Below, piece after piece: positions 52,307 to 62,479 of a stretch of 64,000 nt of DNA. The notes beneath the pieces are model-generated. The model was given only the letters and a program-made list of their open reading frames with translations. It did not search any database and had not been told where the DNA came from. Numbering within the stretch: position 1 is the stretch's first letter; the number at the start of each line of letters is the position of its first letter. Position numbers and translations under genes: made by a program. The stretch comes from Clostridia bacterium (GTDB lineage Bacteria; Bacillota; Clostridia; Oscillospirales; CAG-382), in assembly GCA_017397955.1 (NCBI GenBank), contig JAFQHL010000064.1:4384-68383 (forward strand). Reading direction: 5' to 3'.

Positions 52307-53185
52307 ATGAACGGCTATTATAATTATTCTAAGGAAAGTAAAGGAACAGTAGCAAAGCGTAGGGCTGTGCTGCTTGTTCCTTTTGTTTTTTTTGCTGTGG
52401 CGGTCGCCCTTATCTGTGCTTTTATGGCAGACGTTTTTGTGTTTGGCAGTCCCTATTGGAACGCTGTTTTTACCGAGACGGTTGTGGAAACGGAACAAGA
52501 AAACTTAAACTATATAAGCAAAGAGAAGACGGAACGACCCGTGCAGCCCCAACAAGCGGAGGATGGCGTTACTGTTACGCCTCCTGTTTTACAGCCTATG
52601 GAGCCTGAGACGGAAGAAAAACCCTTTAGTTATCTGGATGAGCTGCCTTCTTTGGAGGAAAATGCATATATTTCTTCAGCAGAGGTGGGGGGCTTTGCCT
52701 TGGGTGAGCTGTGGGCGACAATCTCCGTTAACGGGGATGAGCTTGTGCAGGAAATCCCTGTATATCAAGGCGATAACAGCAGCATCCTGTCCCAAGGCGT
52801 AGGCCATTTGTACGGCTCTTCCTTCCCCGGCGAGGGCGGCGTGTGTGTGTTGCCTGCTCACGTAAGCGGCAGGCTGGGCTATTTTGGCAATCTGGCAAAC
52901 ACGGATATATATAAGGAAGGCACCCAAATTAAACTGGATACCGCCTACGGCGTTTATGTTTATGAGGTTGTGCATACCGAAATACTTAACTATACCGATA
53001 CCAAATATGTTCGTAAATACGGATATGAAAACGGTAAGACCGTTAATTACTACGACATATTAACAGAAAAATTCGGCGCGGATGAGTTGCTTGCAATGTA
53101 CACCTGCTATCCTGCTGGTACTTCCTTCCGCACCCAACGTTATTTTGTAATAGCACGCCGCATATACGGCTACAGCTGGAGGTAA
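52307..53185 (+). CDS. Sortase-family transpeptidase
   Basis: 292 aa with an N-terminal TM. Catalytic-type His (LPAHV), Cys (LAMYTCYP, a TLxTC-like motif) and Arg (QRYFV). Confidence 0.75.
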   Translation: MNGYYNYSKESKGTVAKRRAVLLVPFVFFAVAVALICAFMADVFVFGSPYWNAVFTETVVETEQENLNYISKEKTERPVQPQQAEDGVTVTPPVLQPMEPETEEKPFSYLDELPSLEENAYISSAEVGGFALGELWATISVNGDELVQEIPVYQGDNSSILSQGVGHLYGSSFPGEGGVCVLPAHVSGRLGYFGNLANTDIYKEGTQIKLDTAYGVYVYEVVHTEILNYTDTKYVRKYGYENGKTVNYYDILTEKFGADELLAMYTCYPAGTSFRTQRYFVIARRIYGYSWR

Positions 53186-53191
53186 GTGAAT

Positions 53192-54109
53192 ATGAAAAAG
53201 CTTTCTACATTCCTGCGCGTGCTTGCGGCTGTTTTTGCTTGCCTTTTTGTGCTGCTTTCTGCCTTGGTGTTAATGGTGCGCTTGTGCTTTTTGGATGAGG
53301 ACAGGTACGTTAACTCCATTCTTAATGAGGAGTTTTATCAGCAGTTGGAAAAAGACCGTGCCCGTAGTTTGGATGCACTTGGTACTATGATAGAGGTTAA
53401 CGACGGCGTGTTTGACAAATATGCTTCGGTTGAGGATTGCCGCGCTTTGGGCGAAAAATATGTGCGCGCCCTTGTTTATGATTTGATGAACGGCAAAAGC
53501 ACCGCCGCAAAGATAAAGTTTGATAACTCTGACCTGCTTAATTATCTAAAAGCAGACTATGCGGGCTACGACTTTACGCAAGCCGGCTTTAAAACCTCCG
53601 ATGCCGCGGCAGAGGCGGCGTATACTATGATTTGTGACCGTGTAAACACAGCGGTTTTGTTTGTGCCCGAAAAAATAATGGGCAAGCTGGACGTGGTATC
53701 AAGGCTTATAGCTTTGGCGGCACAGCTTAGTTTCTTCTGGTTTGTACCCCTTCTTCTGGGGCTGGGGCTGTACGCCTTTGTGGTACTGAGCAGTCAAAAC
53801 CGTATAAACGGTTTGTTTGGCGCATCCGCTTCCTTTTGGTGTGCGGCGGTGCTGTGCTTTATGCCTGTGCTGGTGCTGTTCTTGGGTACAAACGAAAGCT
53901 ATTTGGATTTAGACCGCAACTCCCTTTACTTTTTCCTAAACGGTTGCGTAAGCGCGGTTAGAACCTCGGCGCTTTTGTTTGTCGGTGTCTTTTTTGGGCT
54001 TGCAACGGTGTTTGTTGCCGCCTTTGGATTAAAGGCCACGGCACCTCGATATGTGGCGGTGCCCGCGCCCACTGTTGCTGACGACGAACTGCAAATTTCG
54101 GAGGACTGA
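53192..54109 (+). CDS. Hypothetical polytopic membrane protein
   Basis: About 305 aa. The ATG at 53192 lies 8 nt after GGAGGT and directly follows the sortase stop. Confidence 0.6.
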   Translation: MKKLSTFLRVLAAVFACLFVLLSALVLMVRLCFLDEDRYVNSILNEEFYQQLEKDRARSLDALGTMIEVNDGVFDKYASVEDCRALGEKYVRALVYDLMNGKSTAAKIKFDNSDLLNYLKADYAGYDFTQAGFKTSDAAAEAAYTMICDRVNTAVLFVPEKIMGKLDVVSRLIALAAQLSFFWFVPLLLGLGLYAFVVLSSQNRINGLFGASASFWCAAVLCFMPVLVLFLGTNESYLDLDRNSLYFFLNGCVSAVRTSALLFVGVFFGLATVFVAAFGLKATAPRYVAVPAPTVADDELQISED

Positions 54110-54110
54110 A

Positions 54111-54824
54111 ATGGAAGACTTTTGGGGTCACAGAGGAAGACTTAGAGCGCAATACATACAAACAGGCGGCAAAAGCTTTGCCGCCCATAATTTGTTGGAG
54201 CTACTTTTGTTTTATGCCATACCGCGGCGGGATACCAAGAATATAGCCCACGCGCTTTTAAAACGCTTTGGGGATGTAAGCGGCGTGTTTAACGCCACGG
54301 TGGAGGAGCTTTGTCAGGTAAAGGGCATAAGCGAAAATTCTGCCGTGCTTATAAAGCTTACGGCAGAGCTGGGAAAGCGTTATTGCGATAACGATATGGT
54401 TGACAGCGTGCGCTTTTATACCTATGATGATATAGGCGGTTTTTTGCAGGACCAGTACATAAACGTAACAAAAGAACGGGTAATAGCGCTGTATTTGGAT
54501 AACGTGGGCAGGCTTATAAAGCTTGGTATGGTTTGCGACGGCGGCGTTAATTCTGCCCGCTTTGACGTACGCAAAATAGTTGCGGATGCCATAGCAGCGG
54601 ATGCAGGCGCGGTTGTGGTGGCTCATAACCACCCAAGTGGCTCCCATATTCCCTCCTCGGACGATTTGGATGCCACAAAGATGATGAAAAAGGTTATAGA
54701 ATCGGCAGGCATAGAGTTTGTGGAACATTATGTGGTAGCAAGCGACGGCACCTGCCGTTTGCTGGAAAAATGTGCAGAACAAGGGAATGTGGAGCTGCGG
54801 CAGTATTTCAAATTCGACGTATAA
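54111..54824 (+). CDS. radC: RadC-like JAMM-domain protein (UPF0758)
   Basis: ORF trimmed to the ATG at 54111. Contains a helix-hairpin-helix-like region and the VVAHNHPSG JAMM motif. Confidence 0.9.
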   Translation: MEDFWGHRGRLRAQYIQTGGKSFAAHNLLELLLFYAIPRRDTKNIAHALLKRFGDVSGVFNATVEELCQVKGISENSAVLIKLTAELGKRYCDNDMVDSVRFYTYDDIGGFLQDQYINVTKERVIALYLDNVGRLIKLGMVCDGGVNSARFDVRKIVADAIAADAGAVVVAHNHPSGSHIPSSDDLDATKMMKKVIESAGIEFVEHYVVASDGTCRLLEKCAEQGNVELRQYFKFDV

Positions 54825-54883
54825 CGCTCCGCGTTTTTAAAAGAAACACCATAAGCAGAAAGAAAAAGGAACAATAAATTAAC

Positions 54884-54922
54884 GAAGGCTTTTCGGCACG
54901 CGCCGAAAAGCCTTCCTTTTTT
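54884..54922. terminator. Terminator between convergent radC and the 54935-55555 gene
   Basis: 14-bp stem GAAGGCTTTTCGGC/GCCGAAAAGCCTTC followed by CTTTTTT. Confidence 0.9.
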
Positions 54923-54934
54923 CTTCTCTATTCT

Positions 54935-55555
54935 TTATTCTTTATACAATGAAAGTGTTTGTTTTAGATACATGACATGGAACAGATTGAGGATAACACT
55001 CAAAAAAACGAGGATAATCAATACAAAAGACATGATTGCATAGGGATCCGCTTCTGCAAGAACGGCCATTACGGCAACGGCCAAGGTAATAAAAGCAGAA
55101 ATCAAGCCGACAACCAATTCATAGTAAAACAGCGAATGCCAATTTTTTGAAAGTTTGGCATTTTTAGGGGCGGTGATTTCGGAGTGAGCATTGAGTTGTT
55201 GGTAGGAGGCGATGATAGAACAAATAGATATAACCAATCCTAATATATCTTTATTCAAATCTTTATTCAGAAATGCGGAAAGGATGCCGCCAACAACTGA
55301 AATGCCATAGAAAAGCGCTGCCTTACGGTATCTTTCATTGACCGCTGACAGGCTGAACAGCGAAACAGTTATTATGATTGTAATTATGCGGGAAATCCAT
55401 TCAACACTACTTCCGATTGCGCCGATTGCTCCAAAAGCCGTTGTGAATAGACTGGCAACTTGACAAATATACAAAACTTGCACCCATTTTACGATTACAT
55501 CTTTGTGGGAATCAAAACAGGGAACTGTCTTGACCTTTTTGTTGGTATTGCTCAT
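54935..55555 (-). CDS. Hypothetical membrane protein (AT-rich single-gene islet)
   Basis: 206 aa with 5-6 TM segments. AGGAG RBS. Visibly lower GC than the flanking genes. Confidence 0.6.
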   Translation of the reverse strand: MSNTNKKVKTVPCFDSHKDVIVKWVQVLYICQVASLFTTAFGAIGAIGSSVEWISRIITIIITVSLFSLSAVNERYRKAALFYGISVVGGILSAFLNKDLNKDILGLVISICSIIASYQQLNAHSEITAPKNAKLSKNWHSLFYYELVVGLISAFITLAVAVMAVLAEADPYAIMSFVLIILVFLSVILNLFHVMYLKQTLSLYKE

Positions 55556-55698
55556 TTCGATGCTCCTTTCTTGATATCATGCCTTCTTCTGCTTCTGCTG
55601 ACAGTCGTGGGGGAACGGTGACGGTTTTTATAGTGGTCCCCGTTGCGAACAAAGTGAGTAGTGGGGTGTTTCAAGAGCGAACGAAAATGGGGTATTTT

Positions 55699-56418
55699 CT
55701 ATTCTTCCCAGTTATGCCAAACATTCTGAACATCGTCGTTGTCTTCGAGTGCGTCCAGAAGCTTTCGCATCTTTACAAGCTGTTCTTCTTCCGTAAGGGT
55801 AACATAGTTCTGGGGCACCTTTTCCGCTTCTGCGGAAACATAGGTGTAGCCCAGCTTCTCCAAGGCTTCTGCCACGGAGCCAACCTCTGCGGGTGCGGTG
55901 TATATCTCAAACACATCGCCTTCGTTGGACATATCGTCTGCGCCGCACTCAATTATATCTTCAAAGAGCTTGTCTTCGTCAACATCTTCGGCTTCGATAA
56001 CTATAACGCCCTTGGTGTCGAACATAAAGGACACACAGCCGCTGGTACCCATATTGCCGCCGAACTTATCAAAATAATGGCGTATATCCGCGCTGGTGCG
56101 GTTGCGGTTATCGGTAAGGGTTTCAACAATAACAGCAACGCCGCCGATGCCGTAGCCTTCGTAAACTATCTCGTCGTAGTTGCCGCCGTCACCGCCTGCC
56201 GCCTTCTTTATAATACGGTCGATGTTGTCGTTGGGCACATTGTTTGCCTTTGCCTTAATGATTAAATCCCTGAGTTTGGAGTTGCTCGTAGGGTCGGCGC
56301 CGCCTTCCTTTACGGCAACGGAAATCTCTTTACCTATTTTTGTAAAGACTTTTGCCTTTTGAGCATCGGTCTTTTCTTTTTTATGCTTGATATTACTCCA
56401 TTTGGAATGTCCGGACAT
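55699..56418 (-). CDS. yebC: YebC/PmpR-family transcriptional regulator
   Basis: 239 aa. The MSGHSKWSNIKHKK N-terminus is diagnostic. Confidence 0.95.
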   Translation of the reverse strand: MSGHSKWSNIKHKKEKTDAQKAKVFTKIGKEISVAVKEGGADPTSNSKLRDLIIKAKANNVPNDNIDRIIKKAAGGDGGNYDEIVYEGYGIGGVAVIVETLTDNRNRTSADIRHYFDKFGGNMGTSGCVSFMFDTKGVIVIEAEDVDEDKLFEDIIECGADDMSNEGDVFEIYTAPAEVGSVAEALEKLGYTYVSAEAEKVPQNYVTLTEEEQLVKMRKLLDALEDNDDVQNVWHNWEE

Positions 56419-56436
56419 TGTCGGTTCCTCCTTAAC

Positions 56437-58134
56437 TTATATTTCTTCTGTACGCTTCATACCCAGCAGGTCAAGGCATTTGCCCAGCACATGCTTTGCG
56501 GTGGCGGTAAGCTGCAGGCGGAACGCCTTTGCCTCACCCTCTGCCTTGAGTATGGTGCAATTATGGTAGAACAGGTTGTAAGCGGCGCAAAGCTCAAGAG
56601 CGTAGCGGGCTATAACGCAGGGCTCGTGGTCAGCAAGCGCGGCAAGCACTTTGTCGGGGAATGTGCAAAGGAGCTTGATAAGCGCGCTTTCCTCAGCCAA
56701 GGGGCTGTATGCGCTGTAATCGCCCATATCACCTTCGGACTTGCGAAGAATGCTTGCGGTACGGGCGTATGTGTACTGAACATAAGGACCTGTGTTGCCG
56801 TCAAAGCTAAGCGCTTCTTCCCACACAAAATTGGTGTCCTTTATTCTGCCGTCCCTCAGCGCACCGAAAACTATTGCGCCAACGCCAACGGCTTCAGCCG
56901 TGCCACGCTTATCCTTCAGGTCGCTGTTCTTTTCTTCTATAATCTTTTCCGCTTTGGCAATCGCTTCGCCAAACAAATCGTCCAGCAATATTACATTACC
57001 CGTGCGGGATGCAAGTTTTTCACCGTTAACGCTCATGGTGCCGTAGGGTACATGCACCAAATCCTTTGCCCAGTCGTAGCCCATAAGCTCCACAACCTTA
57101 AAATACTGGGCAAAATGCAAACTCTGACCTGCGGAGGTAACATATACGCATTTGTGGAAATCGTAGTTGTTCTTGCGCCATATCGCCGCCGTAATATCGC
57201 GGGTGGCGTAAAGGGTAGAGCCGTCCTTCTTCAGGATTATGGCGGGTGGCATATCATAGTCGTCAAGACGAACTATAGATGCGCCGTCGTCCACCACAAG
57301 CAGCCCCTTCTCCCTCAGCTCGTCTACTATGGCATCCATCTTGTCGTTATAGAAGCTCTCGCCGTTGTAGCTGTCAAATTCCACGCCCAACAGCTCGTAA
57401 GTCTTCATATACTCACGCAGGCTTATTTCCTTAAAGCTCTGCCAGATGGCTATATATTCTTCGTCAAGACTTTCCAGCTTGGCAAAAGCGGCACGGGCTT
57501 CGTCGTTAAGGCTGTCGTCCTTTTCTGCCTCTGCGGAAAAACGCACGTAGATATCAACAAGCTCGCTTATGCCGCGCTCCTTAACCTTTTCCGCACTGCT
57601 CCACTTTTTGTAAGCCACAATCAGCTTGCCAAACTGGGTACCCCAGTCACCAAGGTGATTGATGCCCACGGTGGTGTAGCCGCAGAAATCGTAAAGGTTT
57701 TTAAGACAGCCGCCGATAGCGGTGGTTCCCAGATGCCCTACATGGAAGCGTTTTGCAATGTTGGGTGAGGAAAAGTCAAGACAAACGGTCTTGCCCTTGC
57801 CGACTTCGGAAGAACCGAAGTTTTCCTCTGCGGAAATACGGGCAAGCGCGTTAACAAAGAACTCACCCTTAAGGTAGAAATTAAGGTAGCCGCCCATAGC
57901 GTCTATCTTTTCAACCTGAGGCAGTGCGCCCTCAATAGCTTCCTTAAGCTGTGCGGCAATCATGGGAGGAGCACAGCGGAGCGCTTTGCTGAAACGGAAG
58001 CAGGGCAGGGAAAGGTCGCCGTTCTTAGTGTCGGCAGGGACCTCTAACAAAGAGGCTATATCTGTAGCTTCTGCCCCTTTGGATTTAAGGAACTCCTCCA
58101 CCAAAGTGGCAATAGCGTTTTTAACTGTATACAT
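56437..58134 (-). CDS. argS: Arginine--tRNA ligase
   Basis: ORF trimmed to the ATG at 58134. HIGH-type motif FHVGHLG. Full-length class I ArgS. Confidence 0.95.
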   Translation of the reverse strand: MYTVKNAIATLVEEFLKSKGAEATDIASLLEVPADTKNGDLSLPCFRFSKALRCAPPMIAAQLKEAIEGALPQVEKIDAMGGYLNFYLKGEFFVNALARISAEENFGSSEVGKGKTVCLDFSSPNIAKRFHVGHLGTTAIGGCLKNLYDFCGYTTVGINHLGDWGTQFGKLIVAYKKWSSAEKVKERGISELVDIYVRFSAEAEKDDSLNDEARAAFAKLESLDEEYIAIWQSFKEISLREYMKTYELLGVEFDSYNGESFYNDKMDAIVDELREKGLLVVDDGASIVRLDDYDMPPAIILKKDGSTLYATRDITAAIWRKNNYDFHKCVYVTSAGQSLHFAQYFKVVELMGYDWAKDLVHVPYGTMSVNGEKLASRTGNVILLDDLFGEAIAKAEKIIEEKNSDLKDKRGTAEAVGVGAIVFGALRDGRIKDTNFVWEEALSFDGNTGPYVQYTYARTASILRKSEGDMGDYSAYSPLAEESALIKLLCTFPDKVLAALADHEPCVIARYALELCAAYNLFYHNCTILKAEGEAKAFRLQLTATAKHVLGKCLDLLGMKRTEEI

Positions 58135-58159
58135 AAACAATTACTCCAAACCGTTAATA

Positions 58160-58208
58160 AAAAGAAAACGGCACGGCGGCAGCCGAAACAGACCTGCCAC
58201 CGCACCGT
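58160..58208 (-). terminator. Rho-independent terminator after rpsI
   Basis: The minus-strand RNA forms a 15-bp stem ACGGTGCGGTGGCAG/CTGCCGCCGTGCCGT (with G-U pairs), followed by TTTCTTTTT. Confidence 0.85.
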
Positions 58209-58237
58209 AAAAGACGGGATAATAATTTGTAAAAAAC

Positions 58238-58639
58238 TTATCTCTTGCTGAACTGAGAAGCTCTTCTTGCAGCTTTGAGACCGTACTTCTTTCTTTCCTT
58301 CATTCTGGGGTCACGGGTGAGGAAACCTGCCTTCTTAAGAAGGGGACGGTATTCTTCGTTAGCCTGAAGGAGAGCACGGGAGATACCGTGTCTGATAGCG
58401 CCTGCCTGACCGGAAACACCGCCGCCGTTAACGGAAATAACAACGTCAAACTTGCCTTCGGTAGAGGTAACGCCAAAGGGCTGACGAACAACGAGCTTGA
58501 GGGTGTCAAGACCGAAATAATCGTCAATATCTCTCTTGTTTATAGTGATTGCGCCGGAGCCGGGTATAAGGCGTACACGGGCAACGGAATGCTTTCTTCT
58601 GCCGGTGCCGTAAAAATAAGGTTTCTTAGGTGTATACAT
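58238..58639 (-). CDS. rpsI: 30S ribosomal protein S9
   Basis: 133 aa. [14 protein letters not shown] motif and a C-terminal ..QFSKR. Confidence 0.95.
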   Translation of the reverse strand: MYTPKKPYFYGTGRRKHSVARVRLIPGSGAITINKRDIDDYFGLDTLKLVVRQPFGVTSTEGKFDVVISVNGGGVSGQAGAIRHGISRALLQANEEYRPLLKKAGFLTRDPRMKERKKYGLKAARRASQFSKR

Positions 58640-58660
58640 ATCTTATAGTCCTTCCTTTCT

Positions 58661-59092
58661 TTACTTAACCTCAACCACTTCGGGCTGCTGAGCCTGCTGC
58701 TTGTGCTCACCGTTCTTGTAAACAAGAAGTCTGGTAAGGCTTGCAGAGCCTATCTTGTTCTTAGGCAACATACCCTTAACTGCAGGGGAAACAGCCATTT
58801 CAGGCTTGGTTGCCATAAGAGTGCGGTACTTGGTAGCCTTAAGACCGCCAACATAACCGCTGTGACGGTAGTAGTACTTTTGGTCAAGCTTCTTACCGGT
58901 AAGAACTACCTGAGAAGCGTTGATAACTATAACACAGTCACCACAGTCAACGTGGGGAGTGTATTCGGGCTTATGCTTGCCGTTGAGGATGGTAGCCGCG
59001 AGTACTGCAACCTTACCAAGGGTCTTGCCGGCTGCATCTATAACGTACCACTTACGGTTGATTTCCTCTTTTTTTGCCATAAATGTGGACAT
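58661..59092 (-). CDS. rplM: 50S ribosomal protein L13
   Basis: 143 aa. [19 protein letters not shown]-terminus. GGAGG RBS. Confidence 0.95.
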   Translation of the reverse strand: MSTFMAKKEEINRKWYVIDAAGKTLGKVAVLAATILNGKHKPEYTPHVDCGDCVIVINASQVVLTGKKLDQKYYYRHSGYVGGLKATKYRTLMATKPEMAVSPAVKGMLPKNKIGSASLTRLLVYKNGEHKQQAQQPEVVEVK

Positions 59093-59137
59093 AGGGGATT
59101 TCCTCCAATATCATAGAATTAGTTTTATCGTCCACCG

Positions 59138-59165
59138 ATTATAACAGAAAAAAAATAAATGTCAA
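59138..59165 (-). promoter_or_regulatory. Sigma-A promoter for rplM-rpsI
   Basis: Minus strand reads TTGACA (59165-59160), 16 nt, TATAAT (59143-59138). Confidence 0.6.
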
Positions 59166-59613
59166 TACCTTTTTGCAAAAAAATTTAATTTTTCTGCGAT
59201 TTTCTTCGTTTTCCTGCGTTTTTGTTGCAAAACGGCGTTTGATAAATAAGTTTTTTGCTTGCCACAATTTCACCATAAAACGAAGCGCTTCTCGTACCAC
59301 ACTGAATTGTAGGACGCGGCATCCTCTATACTCCAATGCCAAACGACAAACCAAAGGGCAAAAGCCGCGAAAACCGCAATTCTTGCCAGTTGTTTTTTTG
59401 CACAAATCGTTGACCGTTATTTTGTTCACTCCTACAAAAATGCGTGTTCACCAAAAGGTTAACAGTTGATTTTTTAGGCTTTGAATGATATAATGAACTT
59501 GCGAAATATGATTCGTTCGCAAAGCGCAAAGCGAATAAAAGGAGGGATGCTTATGAAATGAGGTTGTATTTATGAAAAAAGGCAACACTTATGAGAAAGA
59601 AAGGAGCGATAGT

Positions 59614-60783
59614 ATGAGAAACGTAAATAAACTTTTATCCCTTTTGCTGGCAATGCTTATGCTTTGCCAAGGGATAGTGCTTGTTTCCGCCGAGGAGAGA
59701 ACGGAAGCACTCGAATGGACTTATGACAACAGTATGCTTATAAAAATCAACACCGAGGAGGCTAAAATCTTTACCCCCGAGGATTTTCCCGATACAAACT
59801 GCACAGAGGTTTTGACCACGGAAAAGCTACCCACCGAAACAGGCTACAGCTACGAGCTTATGCTTATCTTTGATACCGCCGCAGAGGGCTTTGATTGGCA
59901 AGCCATAGCAGACGGACTTTTGGAAAGAGGAATAGCCGTGGAGGTCGAGCGTAACATATATGCCGAGGATTATAACAGCAAGATTTGTAAAGTGACCCTA
60001 ACACACAATGATTTGCTTGTGCCGATTGGCGGTACAGCAAGCTTGGGAATAGAAAGCGTTGATTTTGCTGAGTTTGATTACAGCGTGTACGATACAAAAG
60101 CTGTTTTGTTCACAGTAGACCCCGATATTATAGACGAAACGGCTTTTACCGCAGAAAGCTTTTCAGAAACAGGGATAGTTGAATTTTATCCGCAAATTGA
60201 ATGGACGCAAGAGCTTGGTTGGGGCGACGAGCTGATACTGATTAACCGTCCTGAGGAATACTTGGGCAAAGCAAGCGATAGCCACAGCTATTACGGTGCG
60301 GTGGATTGGTATGGTCTGGGAGACAAAGCTTGTGTAACCGCAATTAACGCATTGACAGAAATGGAAGGAATCCTTTCCGCGACCATAATCATATATGACC
60401 GCAAAGAAGGTCTTTGCGATACCGAAATATGGGGAACAAAGACAGATATTGTTTCCGTAAGTCTTAGCGGAGGAACACAAGACCCCAACAACGGAAATGT
60501 TATAAACCAAAACGCGGAAATAAAAGGCAAGGCAGAGGGCGTTACCGAGGTTTATGTTACAAGACGAAACGCCGTTACTGCAAGCTGTAACGTGACCGTG
60601 TATTTGGCTGATGCAAATAATGACGGCGAATGTGATTCTTTAGATGCGGCTTTGGTGCTGAAATACGATGCGGAAATGGCAGAAGCAACCGAAGAATTGC
60701 TTTTGTGCGATATGAACAGTGATGGTATTGTCAACAGCCTTGATGCGGCGTTTATTTTAAGATACGATGCGGAGCTGGAGTAA
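59614..60783 (+). CDS. Secreted dockerin-containing protein, unknown N-terminal module (paralog of 62421-63581)
   Basis: Start set at the ATG at 59614 by analogy with its paralogs (AAAGGAGCGATAGT-ATG). Signal peptide. C-terminal type-I-like dockerin (DANNDGECDSLDAA / DMNSDGIVNSLDAA). Confidence 0.75.
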   Translation: MRNVNKLLSLLLAMLMLCQGIVLVSAEERTEALEWTYDNSMLIKINTEEAKIFTPEDFPDTNCTEVLTTEKLPTETGYSYELMLIFDTAAEGFDWQAIADGLLERGIAVEVERNIYAEDYNSKICKVTLTHNDLLVPIGGTASLGIESVDFAEFDYSVYDTKAVLFTVDPDIIDETAFTAESFSETGIVEFYPQIEWTQELGWGDELILINRPEEYLGKASDSHSYYGAVDWYGLGDKACVTAINALTEMEGILSATIIIYDRKEGLCDTEIWGTKTDIVSVSLSGGTQDPNNGNVINQNAEIKGKAEGVTEVYVTRRNAVTASCNVTVYLADANNDGECDSLDAALVLKYDAEMAEATEELLLCDMNSDGIVNSLDAAFILRYDAELE

Positions 60784-60873
60784 ATAGCTAAGGCATTTAA
60801 AAAGGAGCGATAGTATGAGAAACGTAAAGAAGCTTTTGTCCCTTTTGCTGGCAATGCTTGTACTTTGCCAAGG
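60733..60873 (+). repeat. 141-bp junction repeat (dockerin 3' end + intergenic + RBS + signal-peptide 5' end), copy 1
   Basis: Identical to 62339-62479 except for 1 nt (offset 1606 bp). Confidence 0.9.
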
Positions 60874-62389
60874 AGCTCTGATTGTTTCCGCCGAGGAAAG
60901 CTGCGAGGATAGTACAGAAGCGCCCGAAACAAGCTACAGCGGCATCTGCGGTGAAAACCTTACTTGGAGTCTTGATGTGGAAACAGGGGTTCTCGATATA
61001 ACCGGCACGGGAGAAATGTACAATCAAGCGCCATGGCATAACTACAATAAGTATATCAAAACCGTAAATATTTCAAACGGCGTTACTTTTGTTGGGGCGA
61101 GGGCATTCAATGAATGTTCTTTCCTCAAAAGCATCTCCATTCCAGACAGTGTTACCCGTATTGCCATCTCTGCATTCTCCGGTTGTCATTCCCTTACAAA
61201 CGTTACCTTAGGACGTGGCATTACTACTATTGCGCCGTATACATTTTATGGGTGTACCTCACTTACAAGTATTACAATACCTGACAGCGTTATTTCCATT
61301 CGTGGCGAGGCGTTCTCCGGTTGCCATTCTCTTGTAGACGTCACAATTCCAGACAGTGTTACTCGTATTGCCATCTCTGCATTCTCCGGTTGTCATTCCC
61401 TTACAAATGTTACCTTAGGACGTGGCATTACTACTATTGAGCCGTATACATTTTATGGGTGTACCTCACTTACAAGTATTACGATACCTGACAGCGTTAT
61501 TTCCATTGGTGGCGAGGCGTTCTCCGGTTGCCATTCTCTTGTAGGCGTCACAATTCCAGACAGTGTTACTTCTATTGGAGACGCTTCGTTCTTCCGCTGC
61601 ATCTCCCTTACAGAAATTATAATACCCGACAGCGTTACTCATATTGGGGCCGAAGCGTTCTCCATGTGCTATGACCTTGCAAGTGTTACCATAGGAGCCG
61701 ATGTTACTTCTATCGGAGTTTCTGCATTCTACGGCTCTACCAACCTTTCAAGCGTGTATATTGATTCCTGTACGATTGCTGCCGATTTGAACTCTCATTC
61801 CGCTTGCGGAAATTTGGTTAACTACGCTGAATCAGTAATGTTTGGAGAGGCTGTTGCTGATATAACGGATTACGTAAAAAACGGTAACCCCTATGCCGAA
61901 AGCCTTGATTATAACGGCAAAACCTATTATTCCTACAGTAACCACGAACACGCTTGGGAAGAATATATCGTGGAGGTAAACGGATGCGCCAATCCCGGCT
62001 TTGATGGGTACAAATGTTCCGAGTGTTATGCGCTAAAAGGGGATTTTGTTACAATTCCTCATGATTGTTCTGCAAAGTGGTACTCCAATAGCAATAATCA
62101 TTGGCACTTATGCTCCGTTTGCGGCGACAGAACAGACACAACCGAACACGCCTTTAGCGGCGATACCGACAAAGATTGTAACGTATGCGGCGAACTGCGT
62201 AATGTTTTCGGTGACGTGAATAATGATAGCGCAATAAACAGTCTTGATGCGGCGCTTGTGCTTAAATATGATTCCGACCTAATAGACGAAACACAGCTTG
62301 CGTTGGATAACGCCGATATGAACCGCGACGGCGAGATAAACAGCCTTGATGCGGCGTTTATTTTAAGATACGATGCGGAGCTGGAGTAA
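60815..62389 (+). CDS. Secreted BspA-type leucine-rich-repeat protein with a Cys-rich region and C-terminal dockerin
   Basis: 524 aa. Repeated IPDSVT.I...AF.GC.SLT..T LRR_5-like units. Dockerin DVNNDSAINSLDAA / DMNRDGEINSLDAA. Confidence 0.8.
   Translation: MRNVKKLLSLLLAMLVLCQGALIVSAEESCEDSTEAPETSYSGICGENLTWSLDVETGVLDITGTGEMYNQAPWHNYNKYIKTVNISNGVTFVGARAFNECSFLKSISIPDSVTRIAISAFSGCHSLTNVTLGRGITTIAPYTFYGCTSLTSITIPDSVISIRGEAFSGCHSLVDVTIPDSVTRIAISAFSGCHSLTNVTLGRGITTIEPYTFYGCTSLTSITIPDSVISIGGEAFSGCHSLVGVTIPDSVTSIGDASFFRCISLTEIIIPDSVTHIGAEAFSMCYDLASVTIGADVTSIGVSAFYGSTNLSSVYIDSCTIAADLNSHSACGNLVNYAESVMFGEAVADITDYVKNGNPYAESLDYNGKTYYSYSNHEHAWEEYIVEVNGCANPGFDGYKCSECYALKGDFVTIPHDCSAKWYSNSNNHWHLCSVCGDRTDTTEHAFSGDTDKDCNVCGELRNVFGDVNNDSAINSLDAALVLKYDSDLIDETQLALDNADMNRDGEINSLDAAFILRYDAELE
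61139..61552 (+). repeat. In-frame 207-bp tandem duplication (3 LRR units each) inside the LRR gene
   Basis: 61139-61345 and 61346-61552 are near-identical. A third, diverged copy starts at 61553. Confidence 0.9.
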
Positions 62390-62479
62390 ATAGCTAAGGC
62401 ATTTAAAAAGGAGCGATAGCATGAGAAACGTAAAGAAGCTTTTGTCCCTTTTGCTGGCAATGCTTGTACTTTGCCAAGG
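62339..62479 (+). repeat. 141-bp junction repeat, copy 2
   Basis: See 60733-60873. Confidence 0.9.

Noticed and set aside
59536-59552. A mini-ORF (MLMK) after AAGGAGGG, upstream of the first dockerin gene.
   Set aside because: The SD-to-ATG spacing is essentially zero for the first ATG, and the ORF is only 2-4 codons. This is insufficient evidence for a leader peptide.
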